This document shows positions 18,621 through 28,850 of a stretch of DNA of 64,000 nt, in pieces. Positions within the stretch are counted from its first letter, which is position 1. The number at the start of each line of letters is the position of its first letter. The DNA lies in the NCBI GenBank assembly GCA_963667725.2, contig CAXXHO010000003.1, positions 1,664,001-1,728,000 on the forward strand, written 5' to 3'. Source of the DNA: Treponemataceae bacterium. GTDB lineage: Bacteria; Spirochaetota; Spirochaetia; Treponematales; Rectinemataceae. Both the position numbers and the translations under genes were made by a program. The notes under the pieces were generated by a model. That model saw nothing but the letters and a program-made list of their open reading frames with translations, was not told the origin of the DNA and did no database searches.

Positions 18621-19622
18621 TTACTTCGCGGGAACTTCAGAAACCTTCAGCGTTCCAGCCTTGATCTTCGCGGCGAATTCTTTGACCTTGGCCACGATGT
18701 CGGCGGAAAGGTTGGGGTTCTTTTCGGGGATTCCGACGCCGTCGTTGGCGAGGGAGAAGACGAGGGTCTGACCGCCGGGGAACTTGCCTTCCATGGTCAT
18801 CTTGGAAACCGTGTAGGCGGCCACGTCGACGCGTTTCATCATGGAGGTGAGAACGGCGGACTTGTTGCCATAGACGCCGTCGGAGTACTGATCTTTGTCG
18901 ACGCCGATGCCCCAGCGGATGTCGCCTTTCTGCGAGCGTTCCTTGGCTTCCTTGATCATGCCGTTGCCGGTGCCGCCGGCCGCATGGAAGATAACGTAGG
19001 CGCCAGCGTTGAACTGTTTCTGGGCAATGGCTTGTCCCTTGTCGGGCGCGGCGAAGTCGCCGGCATAGTCGACGAGGATCGTCATGGAGGGATCGACAGC
19101 CTTGACGCCCTGCTCGAATCCGGCCTGGAATCTCTCGATCAGCGGGAACTGCATGCCGCCGAGGAATCCGAGGATATTCTTGCCGTCGGCTTTGGCTTTG
19201 AGCGCCGCGGCGACGCCGACGAGATAGGATCCTTCATGCTCGGAGAATACGGCCGAGGCGACGTTGGGTTTGTTGACGACGGAGTCGATTATCATGAACT
19301 TGCGGAGAGGATTGAGCGCCGCCACATCGCCCATCGCTTTCTCGAAGAGGAATCCGGGGGCTATGATGAGGTTGAGTCCCTCGTCGGCGAAGGTGGAGAG
19401 GTTCGGTACATAGTCGGCTTCGGCGGAGGACTGGAGATACTTATAGTTAGCCTTGGGCAGCTTGTAGTCCTTGGCGAACTTGACGATGCCTTCCCAGGTT
19501 CCCTGGTTGAACGACTTATCATCGATGCCGCCGACGTCAGTGACGAGACCGACCTTGAACTGCGCGAAAGCGGGGGCTGCCACGAGAGCAGCAATGAGAA
19601 GCACAAACAATGCTTTTTTCAT
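18621..19622 (-). CDS. BMP/PnrA family nucleoside-binding protein
   Basis: VTDVGGIDDKSFNQ, FSEHEGSYLVG, AAGGTGNG, IGVDKDQ, SMMKRVD; SPI-type signal peptide ending AFA. Confidence 0.93.
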   Translation of the reverse strand: MKKALFVLLIAALVAAPAFAQFKVGLVTDVGGIDDKSFNQGTWEGIVKFAKDYKLPKANYKYLQSSAEADYVPNLSTFADEGLNLIIAPGFLFEKAMGDVAALNPLRKFMIIDSVVNKPNVASAVFSEHEGSYLVGVAAALKAKADGKNILGFLGGMQFPLIERFQAGFEQGVKAVDPSMTILVDYAGDFAAPDKGQAIAQKQFNAGAYVIFHAAGGTGNGMIKEAKERSQKGDIRWGIGVDKDQYSDGVYGNKSAVLTSMMKRVDVAAYTVSKMTMEGKFPGGQTLVFSLANDGVGIPEKNPNLSADIVAKVKEFAAKIKAGTLKVSEVPAK

Positions 19623-19694
19623 GCAAAATCCTCCCTTTAAAAACTAAGGAACGCCTCATTTCCGGTCTCAAAGGCCGGAACAAAGCCCCTAACA

Positions 19695-19723
19695 ATAGTA
19701 AGGCTGGGCGCGGGGGTTGTCAA
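19695..19723 (-). promoter_or_regulatory. sigma70-type promoter of the BMP gene
   Basis: TTGACA-N17-TACTAT. Confidence 0.7.
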
Positions 19724-19759
19724 CGATTTTTTCCTCAGGCCCAGCGTCATTGCCGAAAT

Positions 19760-20431
19760 TCAGTAATCGTTTCCGGCGACGATGGAAACGCCCGCCGAAG
19801 CGCCGATCCTGTCCGCTCCCGCGTTCAGCATGGCGATGGCGTCAGCCCTGGTCCTGATGCCCCCCGAGGCCTTTACCATAATGGAGCTGCCGACCGTCGC
19901 GCGGATCAGAATGATGTCGTCGATGGTGGCCCCGCCCGTGCCGAAGCCCGTGCTCGTTTTGACGAAATCGGCGCCCGCGGCCATGGCGGCTTGACAAGCC
20001 TTCACCTTCTCATCCGCGGTGAGATAGCAGGTTTCGATGTTGGCCTTCACGATATGACGCGCCGAAGCCTTTACGACGGCCCTTATGTCTTCTTCGACCG
20101 CTTTCCAGTCGCCCGCCTTGGCTTTCCCGATATTGATGACCATGTCGATTTCCAGAGCCCCCTGCTCGATCGCGAGCCTCGCCTCCGCCGCTTTGATCTC
20201 GCTATGGTTGGCGCCGAGGGGAAAACCGGTGACCGTGCTCGTCAGGATCCCGGAACCAGCCAATTCGGCGACGCAGAGCGGCACCCATACCGGGTTGACA
20301 CATACGCTGAAAAAATGGTGGAACTTAGCCTCGGCGCAGAGTTCGCGTATCGATGTCTCCGTAGCCGAGGCTTTGAGCAGCGTATGATCGATCGTCGCCG
20401 CGATTTCGGCGGAGGTCCATATCTTGTCCAT
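19760..20431 (-). CDS. deoC: Deoxyribose-phosphate aldolase (cytosolic copy)
   Basis: [44 protein letters not shown]. Confidence 0.95.
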   Translation of the reverse strand: MDKIWTSAEIAATIDHTLLKASATETSIRELCAEAKFHHFFSVCVNPVWVPLCVAELAGSGILTSTVTGFPLGANHSEIKAAEARLAIEQGALEIDMVINIGKAKAGDWKAVEEDIRAVVKASARHIVKANIETCYLTADEKVKACQAAMAAGADFVKTSTGFGTGGATIDDIILIRATVGSSIMVKASGGIRTRADAIAMLNAGADRIGASAGVSIVAGNDY

Positions 20432-20457
20432 GGCAGCTCTCCTTTGGTGGTTTTCGT

Positions 20458-21108
20458 TTAAATCTCGAATCTACGCGCCAGGTACTCGCGCCTTGTCGCC
20501 ACGAGCCCCTCGAGCTCCGCGAGCATGCGCGCGTCCGCCAGCCTGGCGATAGGGTAAACATGGTTCTCCGTCTCGTTCGTGTAACGCTGGACGAAGTTTA
20601 TGTCGGTGACATAGCCAAGGCTTATCATATTGGAAATTCTGTCGGCGGATTTGAGCACCTTGGCGCGCATGGAACCGAAATCGCGGATTCTCGCGAGAAA
20701 ATCGATCTTGTTCTCGATGGGCCGGCGCGTCACTTCCAGCACGAGCTTGTAGACGCCCGCAGCTTCGTCGTCTATGGAGAGGATACTGTCCCTGTCGATC
20801 TCCGGCACGTCCTCGATGAGGTCATGGATGAGGGAAGCCTTGAGCAGGATGGAATCGATGTATCCGTAGTCCATCAGGATGGCCATCGTGTCGAGCTGGT
20901 GCCTGAACATGTTGCCCCCGCTCCTTCTCAGCTTGCCGATGAGACCTGTGGCGAGCTGGATATAGGGCGCGAGGTGCATGTTCTTGAGTCTGAGCATCGC
21001 GCCCTCATCCATGGGAACGGATTCCGAACGCAGCGGGAGACTGGAATTCTGAATGCCGGGATAATCCTGGGCATCAAACGGAATACCTGACCTCCCGTCC
21101 GAATTCAT
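20458..21108 (-). CDS. Stand-alone RelA/SpoT-type HD domain protein (small alarmone hydrolase-like)
   Basis: [36 protein letters not shown] overlap with the valS stop. Confidence 0.75.
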   Translation of the reverse strand: MNSDGRSGIPFDAQDYPGIQNSSLPLRSESVPMDEGAMLRLKNMHLAPYIQLATGLIGKLRRSGGNMFRHQLDTMAILMDYGYIDSILLKASLIHDLIEDVPEIDRDSILSIDDEAAGVYKLVLEVTRRPIENKIDFLARIRDFGSMRAKVLKSADRISNMISLGYVTDINFVQRYTNETENHVYPIARLADARMLAELEGLVATRREYLARRFEI

Positions 21109-23771
21109 GAGAGCTCCTCGACGTAATGCCGCAGTTTCGCCACTTTCGATTCGGCTTCGGCACCCTTTGTCCTTTCCTGCGCGACGATTTCGGCCGGGGC
21201 CGAAGCCACGAAGGCCTGATTGGCCAGCTTGGCCTGGACCTTGGCGGCGAACGCCGATTCTCTCTGGATATCCTTTTCAAGCTTAGCGATAAGCTTGCCC
21301 GAATCGACAACATCCTTGACGTGGATATGGAGCTCGAATCCCTTGCCCACGAGGACTACGGCGCCCAGCGGTTTCGGCGTATCCGGATCGAGGAAGCGGG
21401 GTTCAGGGCCATTGACGAGAAGGCCGATGAGGGCGGCGCCCTGTCTCATGAATTCCCGGCCGTCGAACCCTGTCTCGAGGCGGATATCGATGGGCATTTT
21501 CACTTCGGGTGGGATCTGGAATTCGGAGCGCAGCGTGCGCCCGAGGGTGACGAGTTCGCGCAGGCTGTCGAAGCGCGCGGCCAGCCCGGGGTTGAGTCTC
21601 GAGCCGTCCCGCTTCGGCCAGGGCTGCGAAATCAGCCTTCCCTTGGCGTTGGGCAGCATTCCATAGATTTCCTCGGTGAGGAAGGGAAGGAAGGGATGAA
21701 GGAGCCTCAGGGATTCCTCGAGGACCATGAGGAGGACGGTGGTGGCCCTGTCCTTCTCGGCGTCGCCGCCGAATTTGGTGGAGAGCTTGGTGGCTTCGAT
21801 GTACCAGTCGCAGAAGTCGTCCCAGAAATAGGAGTAGGCGGCCTGGGCGGCGTCGTTGAAGCGCCACGATTCGAGGGCCTGGGCGGTCTGGGAAGCAGCC
21901 TGTTCGAGGCGGTGCAGGATCCATTTGTCGGTGTCGGAGTAGGTCAGCGATTCGGGCGCGACGAACTCGCGTCCCTCGAGGTTCATGAGGATGTAGCGCG
22001 AGGCGTTCCAGACCTTGTTGGCGAATTTCGAGCCCATCTTGAAGCTGTCGCGGTCGAGGAGGATGTCCTGGCCGGCGGCGCAGTTGTAAGCGAGGGTGAA
22101 CTTGAGGGCGTCGGCGCCGTATTCGTCGACGATTTCGAGGGGGTCGATGCCGTTGCCGAGGCTCTTGGACATTTTCCTGCCCTGTTTGTCGCGGATGAGG
22201 CCGTGGATGAACACTTCGCTGAAGGGGGCTTTCTCGGTGAATTCCATGCCCGCCATGATCATGCGGGCGACCCAGAAGAAGATGATGTCGTAGCCGGTGA
22301 CGAGAGCGCTCGTGGGGTAGAAGCGGCGCAGATCGGCCGTGTCCTTGGGCCAGCCCAGGGTGCTGAAGGGCCATAGCCAGGAGGAGAACCAGGTGTCGAG
22401 GACGTCCTCGTCCTGCCAGATATCGTCAGACCCGCACTGCTTGCAGTAGAGCGGGTCTTCGCGTTCAACCATGACGGCGCCGCAGTGGCGGCAGTAGAAG
22501 GCGGGTATCCTGTGTCCCCACCAGAGCTGACGGGATATACACCAGTCCCTGATGTTCTCCATCCAGTGCTGGTAGGTATGTTCCCACTTTTTCGGAAAGA
22601 AGGTCACATCCCCGTCCCGCCAGGTCTTGAGCGCTTTTTCGGCGAGGGGTTTCATCCTGACGAACCACTGCTTGGAGAGGAAGGGCTCGATCGAGGTATG
22701 GCAGCGGTAGCAATGACCAACCGCGTGCGTTATTTTCTCCTCGGATTTGAGGAGGCCCAAGGCTTCGAGGTCAGCGAGCACAAGTTTTCTGGCTTCGGCT
22801 ACCTTGAGATTACGGTATTTTTCAGGGACTTTATTCGAGAGGGTCCCGTCCGGATTAAGGATGTTGATGCGTTCGAGGCCATGCCTGTTTCCCACCTCGA
22901 AGTCGTTGGGATCATGGGCGGGCGTTATCTTGACTAAGCCGGTGCCGAAAGCCCTGTCCACGTAGGTGTCGGCGATGAGTGGGATGAGCCTGTCGGTCAG
23001 GGGGAGCTTTATCATTTTGCCGAGGAGGGCGCGGTAGCGATCGTCTTCCGGATGGGCGGCGACGGCTGTATCGCCCAAGAGGGTTTCGGGCCTGGTCGTG
23101 GCTATCTCGATCCTGCCCGACGGGCATTCTGGGCAGGGTCCGTCGGCCAGTTCGTACCAGATGTGCCACATGGCGCCGTTTTCGTCCTCATGCTCGACTT
23201 CATCGTCGGAGAGGGCCGTGCCGCAGCTCGTGCACCAGTTGACGAGATATTCGCCCTTGTAGAGGAGGTTGCGCTCATACAACGTGACGAAGACCTCCCG
23301 CACGGCTTTCGAGAGCCCTTCGTCCAGGGTAAAGCGCTCGCGCGACCAGTCGACGCTCGAGCCTATCTTGGCGAGCTGATTGTTGATGAAAGCCTTATGT
23401 TCCTTGGCTACCTTCCAGGTTTCCTCGATGAAGGCTTCGCGCCCCATGGCGCGCCTGTCCTTGCCTTCCTTGCGGAGCTTTTTCTCGACGACGTTCTGCG
23501 TGGCGATGCCCGCGTGGTCAGTGCCCGGTACCCAAAGGGTCGGCCGGCCTGTCATGCGGCGGTAACGGATCTGGATGTCCTGGAGGCTGTTGTCCAGGGC
23601 ATGGCCAAGGTGGAGGACGCCGGTTACGTTGGGGGGAGGGATTACGATGGTGAAGGGCTTCTTGCTCTTGTCACCTTTGGGCAGGAAATGACCTTCGTCT
23701 TTCCACATGGCGTAAATCGAGTCTTCGAAACTCTTTGGATCGTAGGCCTTGGCCAGTTCGATCGCCTTCAT
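21105..23771 (-). CDS. valS: Valine--tRNA ligase
   Basis: PPPNVTGVLHLGH, DHAGIATQ, DWCISRQLWWGH, DTWFSS, KMSKS, C-terminal coiled coil. Confidence 0.98.
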   Translation of the reverse strand: MKAIELAKAYDPKSFEDSIYAMWKDEGHFLPKGDKSKKPFTIVIPPPNVTGVLHLGHALDNSLQDIQIRYRRMTGRPTLWVPGTDHAGIATQNVVEKKLRKEGKDRRAMGREAFIEETWKVAKEHKAFINNQLAKIGSSVDWSRERFTLDEGLSKAVREVFVTLYERNLLYKGEYLVNWCTSCGTALSDDEVEHEDENGAMWHIWYELADGPCPECPSGRIEIATTRPETLLGDTAVAAHPEDDRYRALLGKMIKLPLTDRLIPLIADTYVDRAFGTGLVKITPAHDPNDFEVGNRHGLERINILNPDGTLSNKVPEKYRNLKVAEARKLVLADLEALGLLKSEEKITHAVGHCYRCHTSIEPFLSKQWFVRMKPLAEKALKTWRDGDVTFFPKKWEHTYQHWMENIRDWCISRQLWWGHRIPAFYCRHCGAVMVEREDPLYCKQCGSDDIWQDEDVLDTWFSSWLWPFSTLGWPKDTADLRRFYPTSALVTGYDIIFFWVARMIMAGMEFTEKAPFSEVFIHGLIRDKQGRKMSKSLGNGIDPLEIVDEYGADALKFTLAYNCAAGQDILLDRDSFKMGSKFANKVWNASRYILMNLEGREFVAPESLTYSDTDKWILHRLEQAASQTAQALESWRFNDAAQAAYSYFWDDFCDWYIEATKLSTKFGGDAEKDRATTVLLMVLEESLRLLHPFLPFLTEEIYGMLPNAKGRLISQPWPKRDGSRLNPGLAARFDSLRELVTLGRTLRSEFQIPPEVKMPIDIRLETGFDGREFMRQGAALIGLLVNGPEPRFLDPDTPKPLGAVVLVGKGFELHIHVKDVVDSGKLIAKLEKDIQRESAFAAKVQAKLANQAFVASAPAEIVAQERTKGAEAESKVAKLRHYVEELS

Positions 23772-24038
23772 GCATCCCCTCCGCGCTGTTCAAAAAGATT
23801 GATTCAAAGAGCATAGCGAAAAAGATACCGGAATGGAAGGGGAGAGCTGATTCTGATCTATGGCGGGGCGGCGGCAGCGGTTATCGCGGTCGCGGCGCTC
23901 GAACCCTTCGGGCGAATCCCCGCGAGCCTTCTTTTCACGAAGATGGATCTATACGATAATAAACGCAGGGAGAATCGGCTTCCGTCGGCGGAATCCGGCC
24001 GACGAGCATTCCCCAACTATTCCGCGAGGTGGTTTCAT

Positions 24039-25760
24039 ATGGATAATCAGCAGCCTTGGACATGTCTCGATCCCTTCAGGGGAAGGCTTTTTTCGGGAGA
24101 GTGGCCTACCCTGCCCGAACTTTTCGGCATTTCCGTCGAGCGTTTCCCGGACCGCCCCTGCTTTACGGTGTATTCTCCGGACAGAATCAGCCTCACGTAT
24201 AGGGAAGCCCACGCGAAAATAAGGAGCGTGGCGGCCTACCTGCTGTCCATAGGCCTTGAGAAGGACGCGAAGGTCGCCCTGACCGGCAAGAACTCACCCG
24301 AGTGGGCGATCGCCTACCTGGCCATCCTCGAGGCGGGAGCCATCGTCGTTCCCATCGATTATCAGCTGAGCCTTCCGGAAACGACGAACCTGATCGCCGC
24401 GTCGGACGCGAAAATTCTTTTCGTCGACGAGGAAAAACTGGCCGAGCTCAAGTCCGCCTGCCCTCAGCTCTCGAAAATCCTGACCCTCTACGAGGGCGGG
24501 GAGAATTACCTCTATAATCTGGCCGCCCCTTCCGGCGGCAGCCAGGCCCCGGGGCATAAAGCCGCCCAGGACGATCTCGCCGCCATCCTGTACACCTCGG
24601 GCACGACGGGAAAGCCCAAAGGCGTCATGCTGACGCACAAGAACCTGGTATCGGACTGTATGCTCGCCCAAGCCAACCTCCATATTTTCCACACCGACGT
24701 TTTCTACGCCCTCCTGCCCATCCACCACTCCTACACGATGCTTTCCGTCTTCATCGAATCCTTTTCCGTGGGCGCCGAAACGGTGTTCGGGAAACGTATG
24801 GTCGTCAAACAGATCCTCAAGGACCTGAAGGACGCCCACGTGACCATGTTCCTCGGCGTGCCCCTCCTTTTCAATAAATTACTGAACGGCATCCTGAAAG
24901 GCGTCAAGGAAAAAGGTCCCTTCGTTTTCGGCTTAATATCGGCCTTGATGGGGATTTCGGGAGCGACCAAGAAGCTGTTCAAGGTCAATCCCGGGAAGAA
25001 GCTCTTCAATTCCGTGCTGGAAAAGGCGAGTCTCTCCACCATCAGAATCTGTATTTCGGGCGGAGGGCCGCTCGCTCCTTCGGTTTTCAGGAAATACAAT
25101 GAACTGGGCATAGATTTCGTGCAGGGCTACGGTCTCACCGAGACTTCGCCCATCCTCACCCTCAACCCTATCGAGCATTATAAGGAAACCTCGGTCGGAA
25201 AGGTGATTCCACAGACCGAGATGAAGATCCTGGATCCGAATGAAGACGGGATCGGAGAGATCGTGGTGAAGGGTCCCATGGTCATGAAAGGGTATTACAA
25301 GATGCCCGAGGAGACCAGGGAAGTGTTCACCGACGATGGCTGGTTCAAGACGGGAGATTTAGGGTATCTGGACGAGGAGAATTACCTGTATCTCACGGGG
25401 AGAGCCAAGAACATGATCGTCACGGCAGGCGGCAAGAATGTGTATCCTGAAGAAATCGAAAACCGCTTCCAGCTTTACGAGGAAATCGACCAGATTCTCG
25501 TGAAGGGCTATGTCGACAAGGATGAAGAGGCTTCGGAACTCATTGAAGCCCTCATCTACCCCGATCAAGACTGGCTGAAGAAACTTCCCGGCGAGCAGGA
25601 AGCCGCGTTCCGGGCAGCCGAAACGAGGATGAGGGAGATTGTCGAAGAGGTGAATCAGAAGCTGCTTCCCTACCAGAAAATAAGCAAGGTCGCCATGCTC
25701 CGCGAGCCTCTCGAGATGACCACGACGAAGAAAGTGAAGCGTTTCAGCGCGAACGCATAG
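24039..25760 (+). CDS. Long-chain fatty-acid--CoA ligase (AMP-binding)
   Basis: YTSGTTGKPKG, QGYGLTET, KTGDLG, GKNVYPEEIE, TTTKKVKR; GAGGTG RBS. Confidence 0.9.
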   Translation: MDNQQPWTCLDPFRGRLFSGEWPTLPELFGISVERFPDRPCFTVYSPDRISLTYREAHAKIRSVAAYLLSIGLEKDAKVALTGKNSPEWAIAYLAILEAGAIVVPIDYQLSLPETTNLIAASDAKILFVDEEKLAELKSACPQLSKILTLYEGGENYLYNLAAPSGGSQAPGHKAAQDDLAAILYTSGTTGKPKGVMLTHKNLVSDCMLAQANLHIFHTDVFYALLPIHHSYTMLSVFIESFSVGAETVFGKRMVVKQILKDLKDAHVTMFLGVPLLFNKLLNGILKGVKEKGPFVFGLISALMGISGATKKLFKVNPGKKLFNSVLEKASLSTIRICISGGGPLAPSVFRKYNELGIDFVQGYGLTETSPILTLNPIEHYKETSVGKVIPQTEMKILDPNEDGIGEIVVKGPMVMKGYYKMPEETREVFTDDGWFKTGDLGYLDEENYLYLTGRAKNMIVTAGGKNVYPEEIENRFQLYEEIDQILVKGYVDKDEEASELIEALIYPDQDWLKKLPGEQEAAFRAAETRMREIVEEVNQKLLPYQKISKVAMLREPLEMTTTKKVKRFSANA

Positions 25761-25762
25761 CC

Positions 25763-27121
25763 ATGGAAGCCAGATTTTCCATCTTCGGCGCCGAAGCCGA
25801 ACCCCTCTCTCTTTCGGCCTGCGCGGTGCGGAAGAATGGGATCAGGGTCTGCGTCATCGGCGGCGGAGGCACAGGTATCGCTCTGGCCTATGATCTGGCG
25901 CAGCGCGGTTTTTCGGTAACCCTCCTCGAAAAGGGGGAGCTCACGTCGGGCACGACGGGACGCCACCATGGCCAGCTCCACTGTGGGGCTCGCTATGCCT
26001 GGGCCGACAGGAATATCGCGAGGGAATGCTACGCCGAGAGTCTCGTTCTCGCGAGGATAGCGGGAGAGTGCGTCGAATACAACGGCGGCTTTTTCGTCGC
26101 CCTCACGGAAGAGGAAAAAGCGATTGAAACGACGTTCATCGAGCGCTGCGGAGAAGCCGGAATTCCGGCCATGTCTTTCGATAGAGAGCGTCTGGCGCGC
26201 ATGGAACCCGGGCTTTCGAAGGCCGTGAAGGCCGCCGTGGCCGTGCCGGACAGCAGTTTCGACGCGTTCAGGCTGCCATTAATGTTCGCGGCGGCGGCGA
26301 AAAGGCTGGGCGCGGTCTTCCTGCCCTGGCATGAGGTCGTCGGCTTCGATTTTTCGGGGGGAAAGCTTCGCGCCGTGCTGGCGCGGAACCTGGGCGCGGG
26401 AGTTGGAGACGAGGCGAAGGCGCAGGGGCCGAGACGCGACATCAGGATAGACTGCGATTTCGCGGTGAGCGCGACAGGCGCATGGGCTGGGCAGGTCGGC
26501 AGGCTGGCGGGGATTTCCATTCCGATAGTGCCCGCGCCCGGCGCGATGCTGGCCGTGAAAGGCAGGCTCGTCGACCATGTCATCAGCCGCTTGAGGCCGC
26601 CCGGCGACGGCGACATATTCCTACCCCAGCGGGGACTTTCCATAATCGGCACCACCCAGCGCGTGGTCGATTCCCCGGAAGGGATCCTGCCTGGGAAGGA
26701 TGAAATTGAATTCCTCCGCGCCTCGGCGGCAGAGATGATACCAGACTTCGGGAAAATGCCGTTTCACGCCGCGTGGGCGGCCGCCAGACCGCTCGCGGGA
26801 CCGTCGACCAAGCCGCCCAAGGAACAGGTCGTTAAGCGACACGCGAGATCAGCCTCTGAACCCGCAGACCCCGCGGCAGTAAACAGGGCGGAACCGGAGA
26901 GCAGGGAACTCAGCCGCGACTTCGCGGTTCTCGACCACGGCAAGGATGATGGCCTCGAGGGCTTTCTCAGCGTCATCGGAGGCAAAGCCACCGTGCTCCG
27001 CGCCATGGCCGAAAAAACCTCCGATCTCATCTGCGAAAAATCCGGACTCGTCGCCGAATGCCGGACAAGCCGTTTCAGGCTGCCCTCATGGCGGTCGTAC
27101 TACCGCGGAGCTGGACGATGA
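25763..27121 (+). CDS. glpA: GlpA-like FAD-dependent glycerol-3-phosphate dehydrogenase subunit lacking the C-terminal BFD-like Fe-S domain
   Basis: GGGGTG, SGTTGRHHGQLHCGARY, ATGAW, IIGTT, ARPL, SRDF, GGKATVLRAMAE; ends shortly after CRT. Confidence 0.75.
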   Translation: MEARFSIFGAEAEPLSLSACAVRKNGIRVCVIGGGGTGIALAYDLAQRGFSVTLLEKGELTSGTTGRHHGQLHCGARYAWADRNIARECYAESLVLARIAGECVEYNGGFFVALTEEEKAIETTFIERCGEAGIPAMSFDRERLARMEPGLSKAVKAAVAVPDSSFDAFRLPLMFAAAAKRLGAVFLPWHEVVGFDFSGGKLRAVLARNLGAGVGDEAKAQGPRRDIRIDCDFAVSATGAWAGQVGRLAGISIPIVPAPGAMLAVKGRLVDHVISRLRPPGDGDIFLPQRGLSIIGTTQRVVDSPEGILPGKDEIEFLRASAAEMIPDFGKMPFHAAWAAARPLAGPSTKPPKEQVVKRHARSASEPADPAAVNRAEPESRELSRDFAVLDHGKDDGLEGFLSVIGGKATVLRAMAEKTSDLICEKSGLVAECRTSRFRLPSWRSYYRGAGR

Positions 27122-27741
27122 AAATCGATATCGTACTGAAAAACGCCAAAGGCAAATCCAGTTATTCCCTCGATATCGAAGCTTCCTCGACGGTGCTCGA
27201 TCTTTTGGAAACGCTGCGCAAAGACAAGGCGCCTGGGCTTTTGTACAGGCATTCCTGCCATCATGGTTCATGCGGAACCTGCGGCGCCATGATAAACGGC
27301 AAACCCCGCCTGATGTGCCTAACAAGGTTGGGCGATCTACGGACTGGCAGCCTGCTCCTCGAGCCGCTGGCGAAAATGACGGAGATCGAGGGAATCGCTG
27401 TCTGGCCGGGGCCGCTGTTCGAGAATCTTCCCGACACCGATTATCTCAAGGCGACGGAAAACCATGGCGACGACGACAGCCGCCGGCTGGAGGACTGCAT
27501 CGAATGCGGGATCTGCGTCGCCGCCTGCCCTGTCGTGAAAGCATTCGTGGGGCCGGCCGCCCTCGCTGCGGCTGCCGTCGAAATGAAGAAACACCCCGAT
27601 AGGGCGGCCGAAATGGACGCGTTGGCCGATAGGGCGGACGGAACATCGGCCTGCGAAAGGGCTTTCGAGTGCAGCAGGCTCTGCCCCCAGGGCGTCGCGC
27701 CGGGGCGAAAAATCACCGAGCTTATGAAAAGGGTCAGATAA
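27118..27741 (+). CDS. SdhB/FrdB-type iron-sulfur protein
   Basis: SCHHGSCGTCG..RLMC ([2Fe-2S]), CIECGICVAACP and CERAFECSRLCP; ATGA overlap with the glpA-like gene. Confidence 0.88.
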   Translation: MKIDIVLKNAKGKSSYSLDIEASSTVLDLLETLRKDKAPGLLYRHSCHHGSCGTCGAMINGKPRLMCLTRLGDLRTGSLLLEPLAKMTEIEGIAVWPGPLFENLPDTDYLKATENHGDDDSRRLEDCIECGICVAACPVVKAFVGPAALAAAAVEMKKHPDRAAEMDALADRADGTSACERAFECSRLCPQGVAPGRKITELMKRVR

Positions 27742-27743
27742 AT

Positions 27744-28841
27744 ATGATGGAATACATCTGCTCCAGCTGCGGTCATAGAGAATCCGCCGCCACAAGGATG
27801 CCAGCCTGCTCCTGCGGCGGTCTCTGGGATCTGGACTTCACGCCTCCCCGATTCAATAGGAAGCTCATCGACAAGGAAACGTGGGGACTGTTCCGCTACA
27901 AGGCTTTTCTTCCTATGGAGAATGAGATTTGGAGGGATGTCACTCTGGGCGAGGGCATGACTCCCATCGTGCGCTTGGACAGTTCCGTCCTCCTCAAGAT
28001 GGATTATTTCATGCCCACTCTTTCCTTCAAGGACAGGGGAGCCGCGGTACTGATATCGCAATGCAAGGCCATCGGGGTGGATTCGGTCGTGCAGGACTCG
28101 AGCGGAAACGCGGGCAATAGCATTGCGGCCTATTGCGGCAAGGCGGGAATCGACTGCGAGATATTCGTCCCGGAAGGCACCTCGCCCGGGAAAATCGCCA
28201 TGATACGCGCCCACGGAGCCCTCGTGAACGTGGTGACCGGCGGCAGGGACCACTGCGCCGCCGTCTGCCGCGAGAAGGTAAAAAAAGAAGGGAAATACTA
28301 CGCGAACCACGTCTACAATCCCTTCTTTTACGAAGGAACGAAAACCTATATCTACGAAGTCTTCGAACAGCTCGGCCGAATTCCCGAACACCTGTTCATT
28401 CCTCTTGGAAACGGGACGCTATTTCTTGGAGCGATGAAGGCTCTGGAGGAACTCCTGGCCAGCGACGCCATTCCGAAGATGCCCCACCTGCTGGCCGTTC
28501 AGAGCGAGCGATGCAACCCCATTTTCAGGGCGTGGCGGGAAGGTCTTAGGGAACCTGCGATCCTCTCTCCTACCCCCACGCTGGCCGAAGGAATCGCGAT
28601 CGGCTTGCCGATGCGGGGGCAGAAAATACTCGACCTCGCCTACCGATACGGCGTGGAAGTCATCACCGCTCCCGAGGAAGGGATTCTGGAAGCGAGAAAT
28701 CTTCTGGCGCGCGCTGGGATCTACTGCGAGCACACGACGGCGGCCACCTATGCCGCATATCTCGCGTATTGCGGGAAAAACGGCCCTACCCCCGACAGCT
28801 TGATTCCCATGTGCGGCGCCGGACTGAAATCGGATCATTGA
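27744..28841 (+). CDS. Threonine synthase-like fold-type II PLP enzyme with N-terminal Zn ribbon
   Basis: CSSCG..CSCGG, TLGEGMTP, PTLSFKDRGA, DSSGNAG, PLGNG, LAEGIA. Confidence 0.85.
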   Translation: MMEYICSSCGHRESAATRMPACSCGGLWDLDFTPPRFNRKLIDKETWGLFRYKAFLPMENEIWRDVTLGEGMTPIVRLDSSVLLKMDYFMPTLSFKDRGAAVLISQCKAIGVDSVVQDSSGNAGNSIAAYCGKAGIDCEIFVPEGTSPGKIAMIRAHGALVNVVTGGRDHCAAVCREKVKKEGKYYANHVYNPFFYEGTKTYIYEVFEQLGRIPEHLFIPLGNGTLFLGAMKALEELLASDAIPKMPHLLAVQSERCNPIFRAWREGLREPAILSPTPTLAEGIAIGLPMRGQKILDLAYRYGVEVITAPEEGILEARNLLARAGIYCEHTTAATYAAYLAYCGKNGPTPDSLIPMCGAGLKSDH

Positions 28842-28850
28842 CCGGAGCGC

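Noticed and set aside
19623..19690. Purine riboswitch in the BMP gene leader
   Set aside because: The leader is only about 65 nt with one small hairpin and lacks the purine aptamer core.
23772..24038. T-box or other leader RNA upstream of valS
   Set aside because: No T-box consensus (AAnnnnGGTGGnACC) or terminator/antiterminator on the minus strand; a -10-like TATGCT sits close to the start.
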